A DNA stretch of 64,000 nt from Fidelibacterota bacterium (GTDB lineage Bacteria; Fidelibacterota; Marinisomatia; Marinisomatales; JABMOV01). The notes under the pieces were generated by a model. The model worked only from the letters and a program-made list of their open reading frames with translations. It ran no database searches and was not told the DNA's origin. A program made the position numbers and the translations under genes. This document shows, in pieces, positions 41,857 through 51,691 of the stretch (its first letter is position 1; the number at the start of each line of letters is the position of its first letter). The stretch covers positions 32,001-96,000 of the forward strand of contig JBHHUC010000001.1 in assembly GCA_046861395.1 (NCBI GenBank), written 5' to 3'.

Positions 41857-44090
41857 TTCTCAGCTCCGCCACGGAAAACAAGCGCCAGCGACAAGCTACG
41901 CCCGGGTCGGAGAATATCCCCCCAATCCAGATGTTCATGATAGGAGACATTTGTCAGGTTTTCGATACCCGCCTTCAATGAAAAACGTTGGAAAAAGTGT
42001 AACTCCCCCTTCAGAGCATATACCAAAAATCCAGCCGTCGCATTTTCACCCCCCAGCCGAGAAAAACGGGTTTGTTTTCCGGCTCCTCTGATTTCACCCT
42101 GTATCCAGAATGTTTTCTGTTGCCAGGTGATTGTGGCGTGGGCTTCAAACGGTGAAATCATGGGGATGTAATCACGTAAATCCACCAACCTTCCCACCTG
42201 AAAATTCATTCCGCCGGCCAGCACCCAGGTTGCATTAAGATTCACGACAAAAGACAATTCGGCCCCGGTTAGGGTGGCACGACCACCGTCAGAAAATAAT
42301 TTCCAGCCGTTGGCATAGCCCAGCGTTGTGGTCGTATCCATCACCGCTCCGACCGTGTAATGCTGGAAGCGGTAGCGAAAGAGATTGGTTGACAGATCGA
42401 TCCGGTCGGTGGAAATATGATTGCGAATTTCAATCTGATAACTTGTTTCGACCGGTATGTCGGGATTTCCCAGGTAGAGATATCCGTCTACAGGATTATA
42501 GAGATAATAACCATAGGCTTCTGTCACGGTGGGTAACCGCTGTCCCCGCCCTGCAGCCAGCGTGAATTGATAATAAGTATTTACCCGGTGAATCAGGGCC
42601 ACGTTGCCGGTGATCAGGCGGTCGGTACGGGAAAATGAATTATCCGGATAATAAATGCGTAGAAAATCTTTTCCCATGGCATGATGGATGGCCGATGAGT
42701 AATAATCATAACGCAGGGCGGATTTCAGAGTCGTACGAGGCGAGATGGAGCGTTGATACACCAGATAATGTCCCAGATTCCAGCGATGCATATCAGGCCA
42801 GGTAATGATTTTCATGGGCGTGGAAGCCTGGGGATACATGACCATGTCAGCATAACTGGAGTTCCAGAAAAATTCACTGCGGAGCGTCAAGGAGGATGAT
42901 CCGTCCGGCGTGAATACCATATCCAAAAAGGATCCGGCGGTGCGGGTTTTTCCCGGCATATCCATGGTCATATTCATAAACCGGTCCCGGCGCCTGGAAT
43001 CATCCATCCAGTGATCCACCAGGTTGCCATACACCTTCCATTCGGCGCGTGGCAACCAGGACGCAAGGCGGGACATCTTCAGAGTTAATCCGACCAATCT
43101 CATCCGGGCATATCCCACATCCATGGGCAGGGCGGAATATCCCACATTCCAGGCGTCGTCACTCACGATTTCCAGTAATAATCGGGCGGCACTACGAAAC
43201 TGTCGTAGGTAACCAGCATTGATGCTGATTTTTTCATATCCGGAAAAGGGGATTGATTTACCGTTGGCCGCCGTATAGTCTTTCGCGGCACGGTACGTTC
43301 CGTGCAGTAATAGACCCTCTTTAGGCCGGCTTCGCTGCCAGTTGGCACTGAAACGCTTTTCCTTCAGTGCGCTGCGGATACCTCCTCCCAAGGACCAGAT
43401 CGATCGAAGTTGTGGTGAGAAATCAGGATGAAGAAATGTCATATTCAACGACCCACCAACGGTGGCGCCCTCTCGGAGAGACAGGGAACCTTTCCCGATT
43501 TCCACCGATCCCAGGGCATCGGGTTCAACATATGCAGAAATCGGATCCATGCGATCCGTACAGGCTCCAAAACTCTTCATTCCATTTATTGTCATATTGA
43601 TCTGTCCGCCGGAAAGTCCCCGGATGACCGGTTCCTGCGCAAAATTTCCCCGCCGGATCAGGGAAACGCCTTCAACCAGGGAAATCATGGATTCGGTTGT
43701 GGATAGGTTGGTTTTCTGAATATGTTGAAGGGCCCGCTCTCGCTCCCGCCCGAAAACCACGATACCCAGATTGGACTCTAGAATGACGGGTTTCAAATAC
43801 CAGGCTGGCAGGTGGTGGTGTCCGCCCACTATTTCCACCCGTCGCGTTTCCCGGGCAAAACCAATCATGCTGACAACAACGGTGTACTGACCCGGCGGGA
43901 GGGAATCAAGACGAAACGCGCCATCGGAATTGGAAACGGCACCCGTTCCGGTTTCTAAAACAACAATATTTACTCCCGTCAGCGGCAGCCCGGTTGCAGC
44001 ATCAAAAACAATCCCGGAAATGTCTCCCTGGCGGGCGGCGAGAAAACCACCCAGCCACAGGAAGAACAGAGCCCTAAAAGTTGATTTCAT
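41853..44090 (-). CDS. TonB-dependent receptor, OprC-like copper transporter
   Basis: N-terminal carboxypeptidase-regulatory-like domain; plug GACTDRMDP (CxxxM); barrel HWM (HxM) followed by the Met track FMNMTMDMPG; C-terminal NLTNVSYHEHL..PGRS. Confidence 0.82.
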   Translation of the reverse strand: MKSTFRALFFLWLGGFLAARQGDISGIVFDAATGLPLTGVNIVVLETGTGAVSNSDGAFRLDSLPPGQYTVVVSMIGFARETRRVEIVGGHHHLPAWYLKPVILESNLGIVVFGRERERALQHIQKTNLSTTESMISLVEGVSLIRRGNFAQEPVIRGLSGGQINMTINGMKSFGACTDRMDPISAYVEPDALGSVEIGKGSLSLREGATVGGSLNMTFLHPDFSPQLRSIWSLGGGIRSALKEKRFSANWQRSRPKEGLLLHGTYRAAKDYTAANGKSIPFSGYEKISINAGYLRQFRSAARLLLEIVSDDAWNVGYSALPMDVGYARMRLVGLTLKMSRLASWLPRAEWKVYGNLVDHWMDDSRRRDRFMNMTMDMPGKTRTAGSFLDMVFTPDGSSSLTLRSEFFWNSSYADMVMYPQASTPMKIITWPDMHRWNLGHYLVYQRSISPRTTLKSALRYDYYSSAIHHAMGKDFLRIYYPDNSFSRTDRLITGNVALIHRVNTYYQFTLAAGRGQRLPTVTEAYGYYLYNPVDGYLYLGNPDIPVETSYQIEIRNHISTDRIDLSTNLFRYRFQHYTVGAVMDTTTTLGYANGWKLFSDGGRATLTGAELSFVVNLNATWVLAGGMNFQVGRLVDLRDYIPMISPFEAHATITWQQKTFWIQGEIRGAGKQTRFSRLGGENATAGFLVYALKGELHFFQRFSLKAGIENLTNVSYHEHLDWGDILRPGRSLSLALVFRGGAEN

Positions 44091-44886
44091 ATTGCACGGT
44101 ACCCAGCGTGTCGCCATTCTCCGCGAAGGTGAAATCAATGGTCCAGTATCCCGTCATATTGAAAACGACGACGCCGGAATATTGTCCGTTTCCATCATAT
44201 ACGGGATTGATATTGCCGGTGGAACCATGCCCCATATCCGGCATTAAGGGATTCATGACAATATCCAGTCCGCCGACCTCCGGAATATTCATCATACTTT
44301 CTTTGTGATGGACGGTGAGAATAATATCATTAGTACCGGCTTGCGGGTTTTCCAGACCATTCAGAGTGACGATATAGCTGGTCTGATTGGAGTCGGCATC
44401 AAAAAATACCAGATCCTTTTTCATCATGGTTTCAGTCACAGTCAGACCGGAAAACACGAGTTTATGGGTTTGACCGCTGCTTTCATTGATGACGACAAGA
44501 GTGTCGTCCCAAGTGCCCATCATTCCACTGGCCATGATAAAAACAACCTCTCCCGTGAACAGGCCATCCGCATTAGCCATGACATCCGGATCTGTCACGG
44601 GGCAGGAATGTTTCATACCGTCCATGTTCATGACAGGTTGTTGTGTAATACGAGCTTCGGTGATGTTGACACCGAGGTTGTCATCGGTTAATTGAAAATA
44701 CAGTGTATTGAGACCGACATGAAGTTCGGCATCAGAATACAAATCCAGGGTGATTCCGTTATCATTCTCTGTGCCGATATGGACCAGATTGTCGGTAGGA
44801 TCTATCGTTGTGTTGTCAGAATCTTCACAGCTTGCCAGGACCAACAGGAATCCGGACAGCAGGAAGGCAATAAATTTTGGTTTCAT
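44074..44886 (-). CDS. Met/His-rich lipoprotein with two YtkA/FixH-like domains
   Basis: LASC lipobox; PVMNMDGMKHSCP...FIMASGMMGTW and PLMPDMGHGS...FNMTGYWTI. Confidence 0.75.
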   Translation of the reverse strand: MKPKFIAFLLSGFLLVLASCEDSDNTTIDPTDNLVHIGTENDNGITLDLYSDAELHVGLNTLYFQLTDDNLGVNITEARITQQPVMNMDGMKHSCPVTDPDVMANADGLFTGEVVFIMASGMMGTWDDTLVVINESSGQTHKLVFSGLTVTETMMKKDLVFFDADSNQTSYIVTLNGLENPQAGTNDIILTVHHKESMMNIPEVGGLDIVMNPLMPDMGHGSTGNINPVYDGNGQYSGVVVFNMTGYWTIDFTFAENGDTLGTVQYEINF

Positions 44887-44906
44887 TATACCTCCGGTTA
44901 TTGATA

Positions 44907-44959
44907 GACACCGTTTCCACGGCGTCCGTGATTAATGGTGCGGCAATCTGTGATTGCCG
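44907..44959 (-). promoter_or_regulatory. Two RNA hairpins between the leader ORF and the lipoprotein gene
   Basis: On the mRNA: CGGCAAUC-ACA-GAUUGCCG (44941-44959) and GACGCCGU-GGAA-ACGGUGUC (44907-44926, GNRA loop), just upstream of the GGAGG SD. Confidence 0.55.
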
Positions 44960-44967
44960 GATTCAGG

Positions 44968-45351
44968 TTAACCGAAGGTTGTTTTAGGCGGTGGGCTGGG
45001 GATTTCCAGAAGGGCGGAATGAAGGACGGCGACCGAACATCCGGCATATTGTTGTGTCGAAAATACCGGTAAAAATGAAAATTGGTAATGCACGTCCAGA
45101 TCAAGAATCTTATGAGGAGCGACTACTACCTGGGATGTTTTGGTCTGCTGGTGTTGGCAGGAGCAATCAACCGCAGCTATGGTCAGGGATTGATGGGAAG
45201 CGGCGCAAACCGCTACCGTATGACCGCAACCGCAGGTACAGACATCTTCTCCTCCTACCATGATGGTTTCATGATGAGGAATGGATTGGGCGATCCATTG
45301 CACCAGAAACAGGGCCGTGATAAAAAATGCTATTTTACGGTATTTTTTCAT
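44968..45351 (-). CDS. Small Cys/His-rich exported or membrane protein, DUF2946/CruR-like leader candidate
   Basis: N-terminal signal/TM segment, PHH, CTCGCGH, CAASH, CSCQH and C-terminal EIPSPPPK; first gene of the copper-uptake operon. Confidence 0.6.
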   Translation of the reverse strand: MKKYRKIAFFITALFLVQWIAQSIPHHETIMVGGEDVCTCGCGHTVAVCAASHQSLTIAAVDCSCQHQQTKTSQVVVAPHKILDLDVHYQFSFLPVFSTQQYAGCSVAVLHSALLEIPSPPPKTTFG

Positions 45352-45450
45352 TGCTATTTAAGGCCTGGAAGTTATAAAACATAATGAGAAAATATAATAT
45401 TTCGGAAGTGAGAAATGTTGGTCCCAATGAGAGATCGCGTGATAGGGAGG

Positions 45451-47547
45451 CTAGCGGTCATCACCCTCCGGTTGTGGAATTTCAAGATAAAAGATATTAC
45501 CCTTTGGCTCATTAGGCTCTGACCAGACCCGGCCGCCGTGTGCACGAGCGATTTTGGCGGCGATGGCCAACCCTAAACCCTGTCCCCGCCCCTTGTTTAC
45601 CTGAAAATTCCGCTTGAAGATTTTCTCCCGTAATTCGGCGGCAATCGTTTTACCCCAATCCGCCACAGAAAACAAGACTCTTCCCGGACGCTGTTCGACA
45701 GCAATGACAATTCGCTTACCATCGTTGGCATATTTCATCGCATTCCCAATATAGTTTCGTAATACCTCTTCGATAATTGGGTTAGCCCGGATGGTAAAAT
45801 CTTCCGGAATATGATTATCGATTGTCAGGTCTCGGTGCTGGAGAGAGAACTCCTTTGCCTGCCAATAGACCCGCTCGCCGATAGGTACCGTTTCCAGGGG
45901 CAGTTCTTCATCTTTTTCCAGGCGAATGAGAGTGCTTGCATTTTTCACCATATTGATTAATTGCGCACTGGCATCACGAATGTATTTTAATTCTTCAATT
46001 TTTGGGTATTCTTCCAGGAGTAAATCACTAAAACCGAGAATCGCGCTGGCCGGATTTTTAACATCATGTGAAATGATATCTAATAATAAATCTTTGGTGG
46101 AGACGGTCTGGGCCAGTTTTTTTGAAAGCTGGCGATGTTCTTTTTCCGATTTTTCCAGCGCTTTAGTGGCCCGGATCTGTTCGGTTACATCCCGCAGCAC
46201 ACCCCGGAATCCAATGATTTTCCCGTTGCTGTCCATGCGCGGCGAAACGGATGATTCGGCAATGCACATTTCTCCTGTTTTGGTTTGAATTTCCCAGCGA
46301 ACATTATGGAGGGCCTTTCCGGAGCGAAAAACAGTATTCACATCCTTATAGATCCGGGATGCGGCATCCGGCGACATGAAATCGCGATTGGTCATTCCCA
46401 GTAATTCCTGGCGGGAATAACCGAAAATGCGTTCCATGGCTATATTGACAAAGGTAAATGTTCCCCTGATGTCTGTTTCAAAACACCCTTCTTCCATGTG
46501 ATCGATAATATCATGGAATTTCTTATATTCTCGTGTTTCGGCTTCCAGAAAAGCCTGCTGGCGCTGACCCCGCAGAAAAAGAAAGATTACACCGCCGAAA
46601 ACTATCAGGAGTAGAGACATATCAATAAAGATACTTTGGGCGGTGTTGTGGGATGCCGTAAGAATATCATCATAAGGACCTTCGGCGCAGAGCACCCAGT
46701 TTTCGTTTAAAAACGGCATGGCCACCAGGGACCGCAAGTCGATATTACCCTTGGCGTAACGATGGATACGGCAGGAAAGCGAGTCTGTTACATCCTGAAA
46801 ATAATCAAATTCACCGGGGCTGTGACAGGGCTGGCAACGGGGTCCGAGATGATAAATATTTCCTCGTACCATGTATTGTATACTGTCACATTCCGCGTTA
46901 TAAAGACTTAGAATTTCGCCGGAACGGTTAACCAGAAAAAAGGAATGGTTTGTTTCCTGCCAGCGGTTTATACAGGAGCGCGTGAATTGGCCGATGCGTA
47001 TTCCCGTCACAAGATAAAACCGGGCATCATGCAATACCATTGGTTTAATTAACAGAACAAGAGATTCACCGTTTTTTGCAAACAAACGGGACGATACATA
47101 CCCGTATTCAGGAATGGCGGCCGTATCAAGAATCACTTTAATGTTGCGATCGTCAACCGCGATTTGCTCCGGTCCGGGTGAAATATGGAGCCGATTGAAA
47201 TGGTCGTCGTAGAGTGCCGAAAAAGCCAGCGCTTCCTTTTCCGTGGCCGCCAGAAAATCAAACTGTTCCAAGGTATGATCAACACCAAACTTTTGAAAAT
47301 GACGATCAAGCTGTTCAAGTGTTGTGGAAAAAGCAGCCATTAGATATTGATAATTCACGGTAAAGGTGTGAACCAGTAGCCGTTGATCCGTTTTGTAATT
47401 GTGGATTAGGCCCAGCTTATATTTTTTGAACTCATGAATTTCATGGCTAAGAATGGCCAGCAAAAGAATAAAGGCGAGAATAAAATAACCGACTTGTCGA
47501 GAAATGGAAAGTTTCATCCTGTGAAACATTTTTCGATAACGCACCAA
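45451..47547 (-). CDS. Membrane PAS sensor histidine kinase with a periplasmic CxxCH motif
   Basis: Two TM segments, periplasmic CQPCH, cytoplasmic PAS (FTFVN..FGYSRQELLG..RDVTE), H-box ISHDVKNP, N-box NYIGNAMKY and G2 GQGLGL. Start uncertain. Confidence 0.88.
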   Translation of the reverse strand: MVRYRKMFHRMKLSISRQVGYFILAFILLLAILSHEIHEFKKYKLGLIHNYKTDQRLLVHTFTVNYQYLMAAFSTTLEQLDRHFQKFGVDHTLEQFDFLAATEKEALAFSALYDDHFNRLHISPGPEQIAVDDRNIKVILDTAAIPEYGYVSSRLFAKNGESLVLLIKPMVLHDARFYLVTGIRIGQFTRSCINRWQETNHSFFLVNRSGEILSLYNAECDSIQYMVRGNIYHLGPRCQPCHSPGEFDYFQDVTDSLSCRIHRYAKGNIDLRSLVAMPFLNENWVLCAEGPYDDILTASHNTAQSIFIDMSLLLIVFGGVIFLFLRGQRQQAFLEAETREYKKFHDIIDHMEEGCFETDIRGTFTFVNIAMERIFGYSRQELLGMTNRDFMSPDAASRIYKDVNTVFRSGKALHNVRWEIQTKTGEMCIAESSVSPRMDSNGKIIGFRGVLRDVTEQIRATKALEKSEKEHRQLSKKLAQTVSTKDLLLDIISHDVKNPASAILGFSDLLLEEYPKIEELKYIRDASAQLINMVKNASTLIRLEKDEELPLETVPIGERVYWQAKEFSLQHRDLTIDNHIPEDFTIRANPIIEEVLRNYIGNAMKYANDGKRIVIAVEQRPGRVLFSVADWGKTIAAELREKIFKRNFQVNKGRGQGLGLAIAAKIARAHGGRVWSEPNEPKGNIFYLEIPQPEGDDR

Positions 47548-47733
47548 CAGACAATAACGTGTTTAACAAGCCCCATATGATTCCCCTTACTGCTGCATGT
47601 TTAGATAAATTTATCGCGAATGGCATACAAAACAAAAGTCAAAAAAGTTTGAAGAACAGATTGGGCCCTCTTCCCGTTGCGCCCATAATGCGCGAACGGT
47701 AAATTGTTAACCGTATTTCAGGAAAGGGCAACC

Positions 47734-49086
47734 ATGCAACAACGAATTTGTGGCTTAATTTCATTCTTATTTCTCATGTCATGTGCACCATACCCGGAGC
47801 CGCTCCCGGCACCAATACAACCGGTTGCTGATCAAAAAGGATCGGAAATCTTATCCCGGGGGATGGCAGACAGTACTGGGTTTGCCCGGCTAGCAACCTT
47901 GTGCGATACCTTCGGTCATCGTTTGAGCGGGTCGCAAAACCTAGAAGCCGCCATCGACTGGGTGGTGAGGGAAATGAAAAAAGACGGTTTTACTGCCGTA
48001 CGCACCGAACCGGTCATGGTGCCCCACTGGGTCCGCGGCAAAGAATCGCTGACCATGATAGTCCCCTGGACGGAATCTCTGGACATCCTGGGATTGGGTG
48101 GCAGCATCGCCACACCGCCGGACGGAATAACTGCTTCGGTTATGGTGGTAAGCGATTTTGATGAACTGGAACGACGTCAAACTGAGGCCAGGGGAAAAAT
48201 CGTCGTTTTTGATGCGCCTTTTACCACTTACGGTGAAACGGTACGATATCGTTACCGGGGAGCCATCGAAGCGGCCCGCTATGGTGCCGTCGCCAGTCTG
48301 ATCCGGTCCGTCACACCCTTTTCTATGAATACACCCCATACCGGGGGAATGGCCTATGCCGACACCATTCCTCCCATTCCCCATGCCGCCATTACCATTG
48401 AAGCAGCCGAAATGCTGCACCGAATGACTCGTCGGGGCCAGGTTCCCGAATTAAACCTGAAAATGGAAGCAAAAACATTACCGGATGCTGAATCCCGGAA
48501 TATTATCGTGGAAATACCCGGGAGTGAAAAACCGGAAGAGATTATTGTGATGGGCGGCCATATTGATTCCTGGGATGTGGGCCAGGGCGCCATGGATGAT
48601 GCCGGCGGCTGTGTCGCAAGTTGGGAAGCGCTGCGTCTCATCAAAAATCTGGGACTGAAACCGAAGCGGACCATTCGCGTTGTTTTCTGGACGAACGAAG
48701 AAAACGGGCTGCGGGGCGGAAAGACGTATTATGAAAATCACAAGAATGAAAACCATGTGATGGCGATTGAATCAGACGGAGGCGTTTTTGCTCCCCGGGG
48801 ATTTGGTTTTTCGGGACCGGATACGTTGCGGAATAAATTGAAGGAAATTGCCCGGGGATTGAAGGTTATCGGGGCTGACAGTATTTTTGCTCAGGGCGGC
48901 GGAGCCGATATTTCTCCCCTCATGGGAGCCGGGGTTCCCGGCATGGGACTGAAGGTTGAAGACTCAACCTATTTCTGGTATCATCACACCCGGGCCGATA
49001 TGATTACGGTGCTTAACCGGGACGATTTCAACCGGTGCGTCGTAGCCCTGGCTTATATGGTATATAGCATTTCTGAAATGGAATAA
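47734..49086 (+). CDS. M28 carboxypeptidase Q-like peptidase (lipoprotein)
   Basis: LMSC lipobox, FGHRLSGS, GGHIDSWDVGQGAMDDAGG, NEENGLRGG, AIESDGG and YHHTRAD. Confidence 0.9.
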   Translation: MQQRICGLISFLFLMSCAPYPEPLPAPIQPVADQKGSEILSRGMADSTGFARLATLCDTFGHRLSGSQNLEAAIDWVVREMKKDGFTAVRTEPVMVPHWVRGKESLTMIVPWTESLDILGLGGSIATPPDGITASVMVVSDFDELERRQTEARGKIVVFDAPFTTYGETVRYRYRGAIEAARYGAVASLIRSVTPFSMNTPHTGGMAYADTIPPIPHAAITIEAAEMLHRMTRRGQVPELNLKMEAKTLPDAESRNIIVEIPGSEKPEEIIVMGGHIDSWDVGQGAMDDAGGCVASWEALRLIKNLGLKPKRTIRVVFWTNEENGLRGGKTYYENHKNENHVMAIESDGGVFAPRGFGFSGPDTLRNKLKEIARGLKVIGADSIFAQGGGADISPLMGAGVPGMGLKVEDSTYFWYHHTRADMITVLNRDDFNRCVVALAYMVYSISEME

Positions 49087-49117
49087 AGGACAATTTGCGA
49101 CGAACGATTATAAAACG

Positions 49118-50563
49118 CTAGTTTGCGTTTTCCGTAACATTTCTTATCAGTTGAACATAAAAACCGATCAACTGGGCGTAATTTTCTTTCGTGATATATT
49201 CATTAATACCATGCATGCCGTCCAGCTGTCCCGGTGCAAATTGAAGGGGCAGAAAGCGATAAATCTGGTCCGACATACCCGCGTAATATTTCGTATCCGT
49301 ACCACCCACCGTTAAATAGGGACTGACAATGACATCGGGAAAGGTTCGCCGGATGCTGGTGGCAATAGCATCATATTGCGGTGAATGATAATTGCTGACG
49401 ACGGAAGGTTCATTTTGAAATGTCCCCACCGGCTTTACAGAAACATCGGGATTATCAATGACTTTTTCCACATGACGGATGACATCGGCCGTGGTATCGC
49501 CGGGTTTGAGACGGAAATTGATCACTGCGGTTGCTTTCTGGGGCAATTGATTATCCTTGACACCGGCATGAAACATGGTGGGGGCCGTGGTTGTCCGGAT
49601 CAAGGCATTGGATTTCGGCGAAGCGGCCAACTGGCCTTCGATGATTCCACCGAAAGCCCAGAGATTGGAAAAAAGAAGATTAAAGGGGAAATGCGATTCC
49701 GGTGCCAGCGTGATCAACATTTCCCGAATGGGACCCTCCAACGAACCGGGCATGGGATGATCACTGACGGCTGCGACCGCCTTGCTTAAAACGGTAATAG
49801 CTGTTTCCGGAGGGGGCATGCTGGAATGCCCACCCGTACCTGTTGCGGATAATTCCAGACTGACGTACCCCTTTTCGGCAATCCCCACCAAGGCGACGGG
49901 AGCGGAAATACCCGGAACGCCTTCCGTTACAATCGCACCGCCTTCATCCAGAATAAGCCAGGGTGTTATCTGGCGTTGCTTCAATACATCGGCAATCCGG
50001 GCCGCGCCGGCATGTCCGGAAATTTCCTCATCATGGCCAAAGGCCAGCAGAATTGTCCGTTCCGGCTGGTATCCTTGCCCTAATAAATATTCCACAGCCT
50101 CCAGGATGCCCAACAGGGCCGATTTATTATCCACGGCGCCGCGGCCAAACAATACATCATTTACGATTTTACCCTGAAACGGGTCGTGGTCCCAGCGGCT
50201 CTGATCCGAATTATCGGCCGGAACAACATCGGAATGAGCCATGAGCAATAGGGGCGGAAGATCAGAGCGGCGTCCCGACCAAGTGTATAGCAGGCTGAAT
50301 TGATTAATGGTTTCACGGTTCAGATTCCGGTGGACCCGGGGAAAATGTTCAACCAGAAACCGGTGGAATGTTAAAAATGCTTCTGCCTCGGTGGCAGCCG
50401 TATCCGACCAGGAAACGGTGGGGATACTCAACGCCCCAGCCAGACGCTGCAGTGCCATATCACCGGGAGGACCTTGCGGTGGAATCAATTCTGTTTGGAT
50501 TTGTCGTGAAGGCCCGGCGCATCCAATCAGGATGAAAACAATCGTTGTCAGGATTTTTTTCAT
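49118..50563 (-). CDS. M20 family peptidase (PM20D1 / carboxypeptidase S-like)
   Basis: LMAHSDVVP, GRGAVDNK, GHDEEISG, LDEGG, GGHSSMPP, GGTD and HGINE. Confidence 0.9.
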   Translation of the reverse strand: MKKILTTIVFILIGCAGPSRQIQTELIPPQGPPGDMALQRLAGALSIPTVSWSDTAATEAEAFLTFHRFLVEHFPRVHRNLNRETINQFSLLYTWSGRRSDLPPLLLMAHSDVVPADNSDQSRWDHDPFQGKIVNDVLFGRGAVDNKSALLGILEAVEYLLGQGYQPERTILLAFGHDEEISGHAGAARIADVLKQRQITPWLILDEGGAIVTEGVPGISAPVALVGIAEKGYVSLELSATGTGGHSSMPPPETAITVLSKAVAAVSDHPMPGSLEGPIREMLITLAPESHFPFNLLFSNLWAFGGIIEGQLAASPKSNALIRTTTAPTMFHAGVKDNQLPQKATAVINFRLKPGDTTADVIRHVEKVIDNPDVSVKPVGTFQNEPSVVSNYHSPQYDAIATSIRRTFPDVIVSPYLTVGGTDTKYYAGMSDQIYRFLPLQFAPGQLDGMHGINEYITKENYAQLIGFYVQLIRNVTENAN

Positions 50564-50564
50564 G

Positions 50565-51581
50565 TTATTCCTCAATAATCAAAGGTTCGGGTTCCAGTAT
50601 AATGCCGAAACGATCTTCAACGGAACGCTGTATTTCCTGGGCCAGGGCCCAGATTTCGGCCCCGGTGGCACCACCGAAATTCACTAGAATTAAAGCATGC
50701 TTGTCGTAAACACCGCAATGTTTGCGACGAACGCCTTTCCAGCCACATTTTTCCACCAGCCAGGCTGCCGGAACCTTTACCTTGCCCGGTTCATCGGGAT
50801 AAAAAGGGATTGTCGGATAATCGGATTTTAGCCTATCAACCGTTTCTGCGGGTACGACAGGATTGCGGAAGAAACTGCCGGCATTGCCCAGTTGTTCGGG
50901 ATCGGGAAGTTTACTGCGGCGGATATCCCGGATAATGGCCGAAATCTCTTCCGGAGCAGGATTGGTGAGATGGTGGTGGTCCAATACGCGCCGCAGGGCA
51001 GGATAGGCGATATTCGGTTTGGGAGTGCGGGAAAGGGAAAAGATAACAGACGTAATTAGAAAACGAGATTCTTCTTTAAACCGGCTGGTGCGGTAACCGA
51101 AGCGACAATCGTCACGGGTGAAAATATGTTTCGTTCCCCGTTTCAGGTCCAGCGCTTCCAGCGAGACAAAAACATCTGCTAGTTCGACACCATAGGCTCC
51201 AATGTTCTGAACTGGCGCTGCCCCCACCGTGCCAGGAATCAGTACCAGGTTTTCTAAACCATACCAGCCCCTGGAAAGGGTGTATTCCACCAGCGCGTTC
51301 CAGCCGAAACCAGCACCCACGGAAAGGGTAACGGTATCCGGAGATTGATTGCGAACAACACACTCCTTAAATACAGGATGAAGAACCAGGCCGCGCCAGG
51401 AAGATACAAATAGGATGTTACTTCCACCGCCCAGGACAAGACGGGGTATATCGGGGTCCGGCAATGATGATAATATACGGTCCAGGTCATCGGGCCGGCG
51501 CAATTCGGCGAAGTATCGCGCCCGGGAAGGAACAGCAAAACTGGTATGGCGGGTCAGGTCTTTATACTCTTCGACGTTCAT
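50565..51581 (-). CDS. murB: UDP-N-acetylenolpyruvoylglucosamine reductase
   Basis: LGGGSNILF, IPGTVGAAPVQNIGAYG, FGYRTSRFK, GNAGSFFRNP, HALILVN and LEPEP. Confidence 0.96.
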   Translation of the reverse strand: MNVEEYKDLTRHTSFAVPSRARYFAELRRPDDLDRILSSLPDPDIPRLVLGGGSNILFVSSWRGLVLHPVFKECVVRNQSPDTVTLSVGAGFGWNALVEYTLSRGWYGLENLVLIPGTVGAAPVQNIGAYGVELADVFVSLEALDLKRGTKHIFTRDDCRFGYRTSRFKEESRFLITSVIFSLSRTPKPNIAYPALRRVLDHHHLTNPAPEEISAIIRDIRRSKLPDPEQLGNAGSFFRNPVVPAETVDRLKSDYPTIPFYPDEPGKVKVPAAWLVEKCGWKGVRRKHCGVYDKHALILVNFGGATGAEIWALAQEIQRSVEDRFGIILEPEPLIIEE

Positions 51582-51691
51582 TCTGGTATGTCTCCGGGGG
51601 AGAATTTGCCGAATTATTCCGTAAGAACAAAAGGCCGGTTTGGTTCTTTTCCTATCCCGGCTGTACCTTCTTCCACATTATGAGGAGCCTA

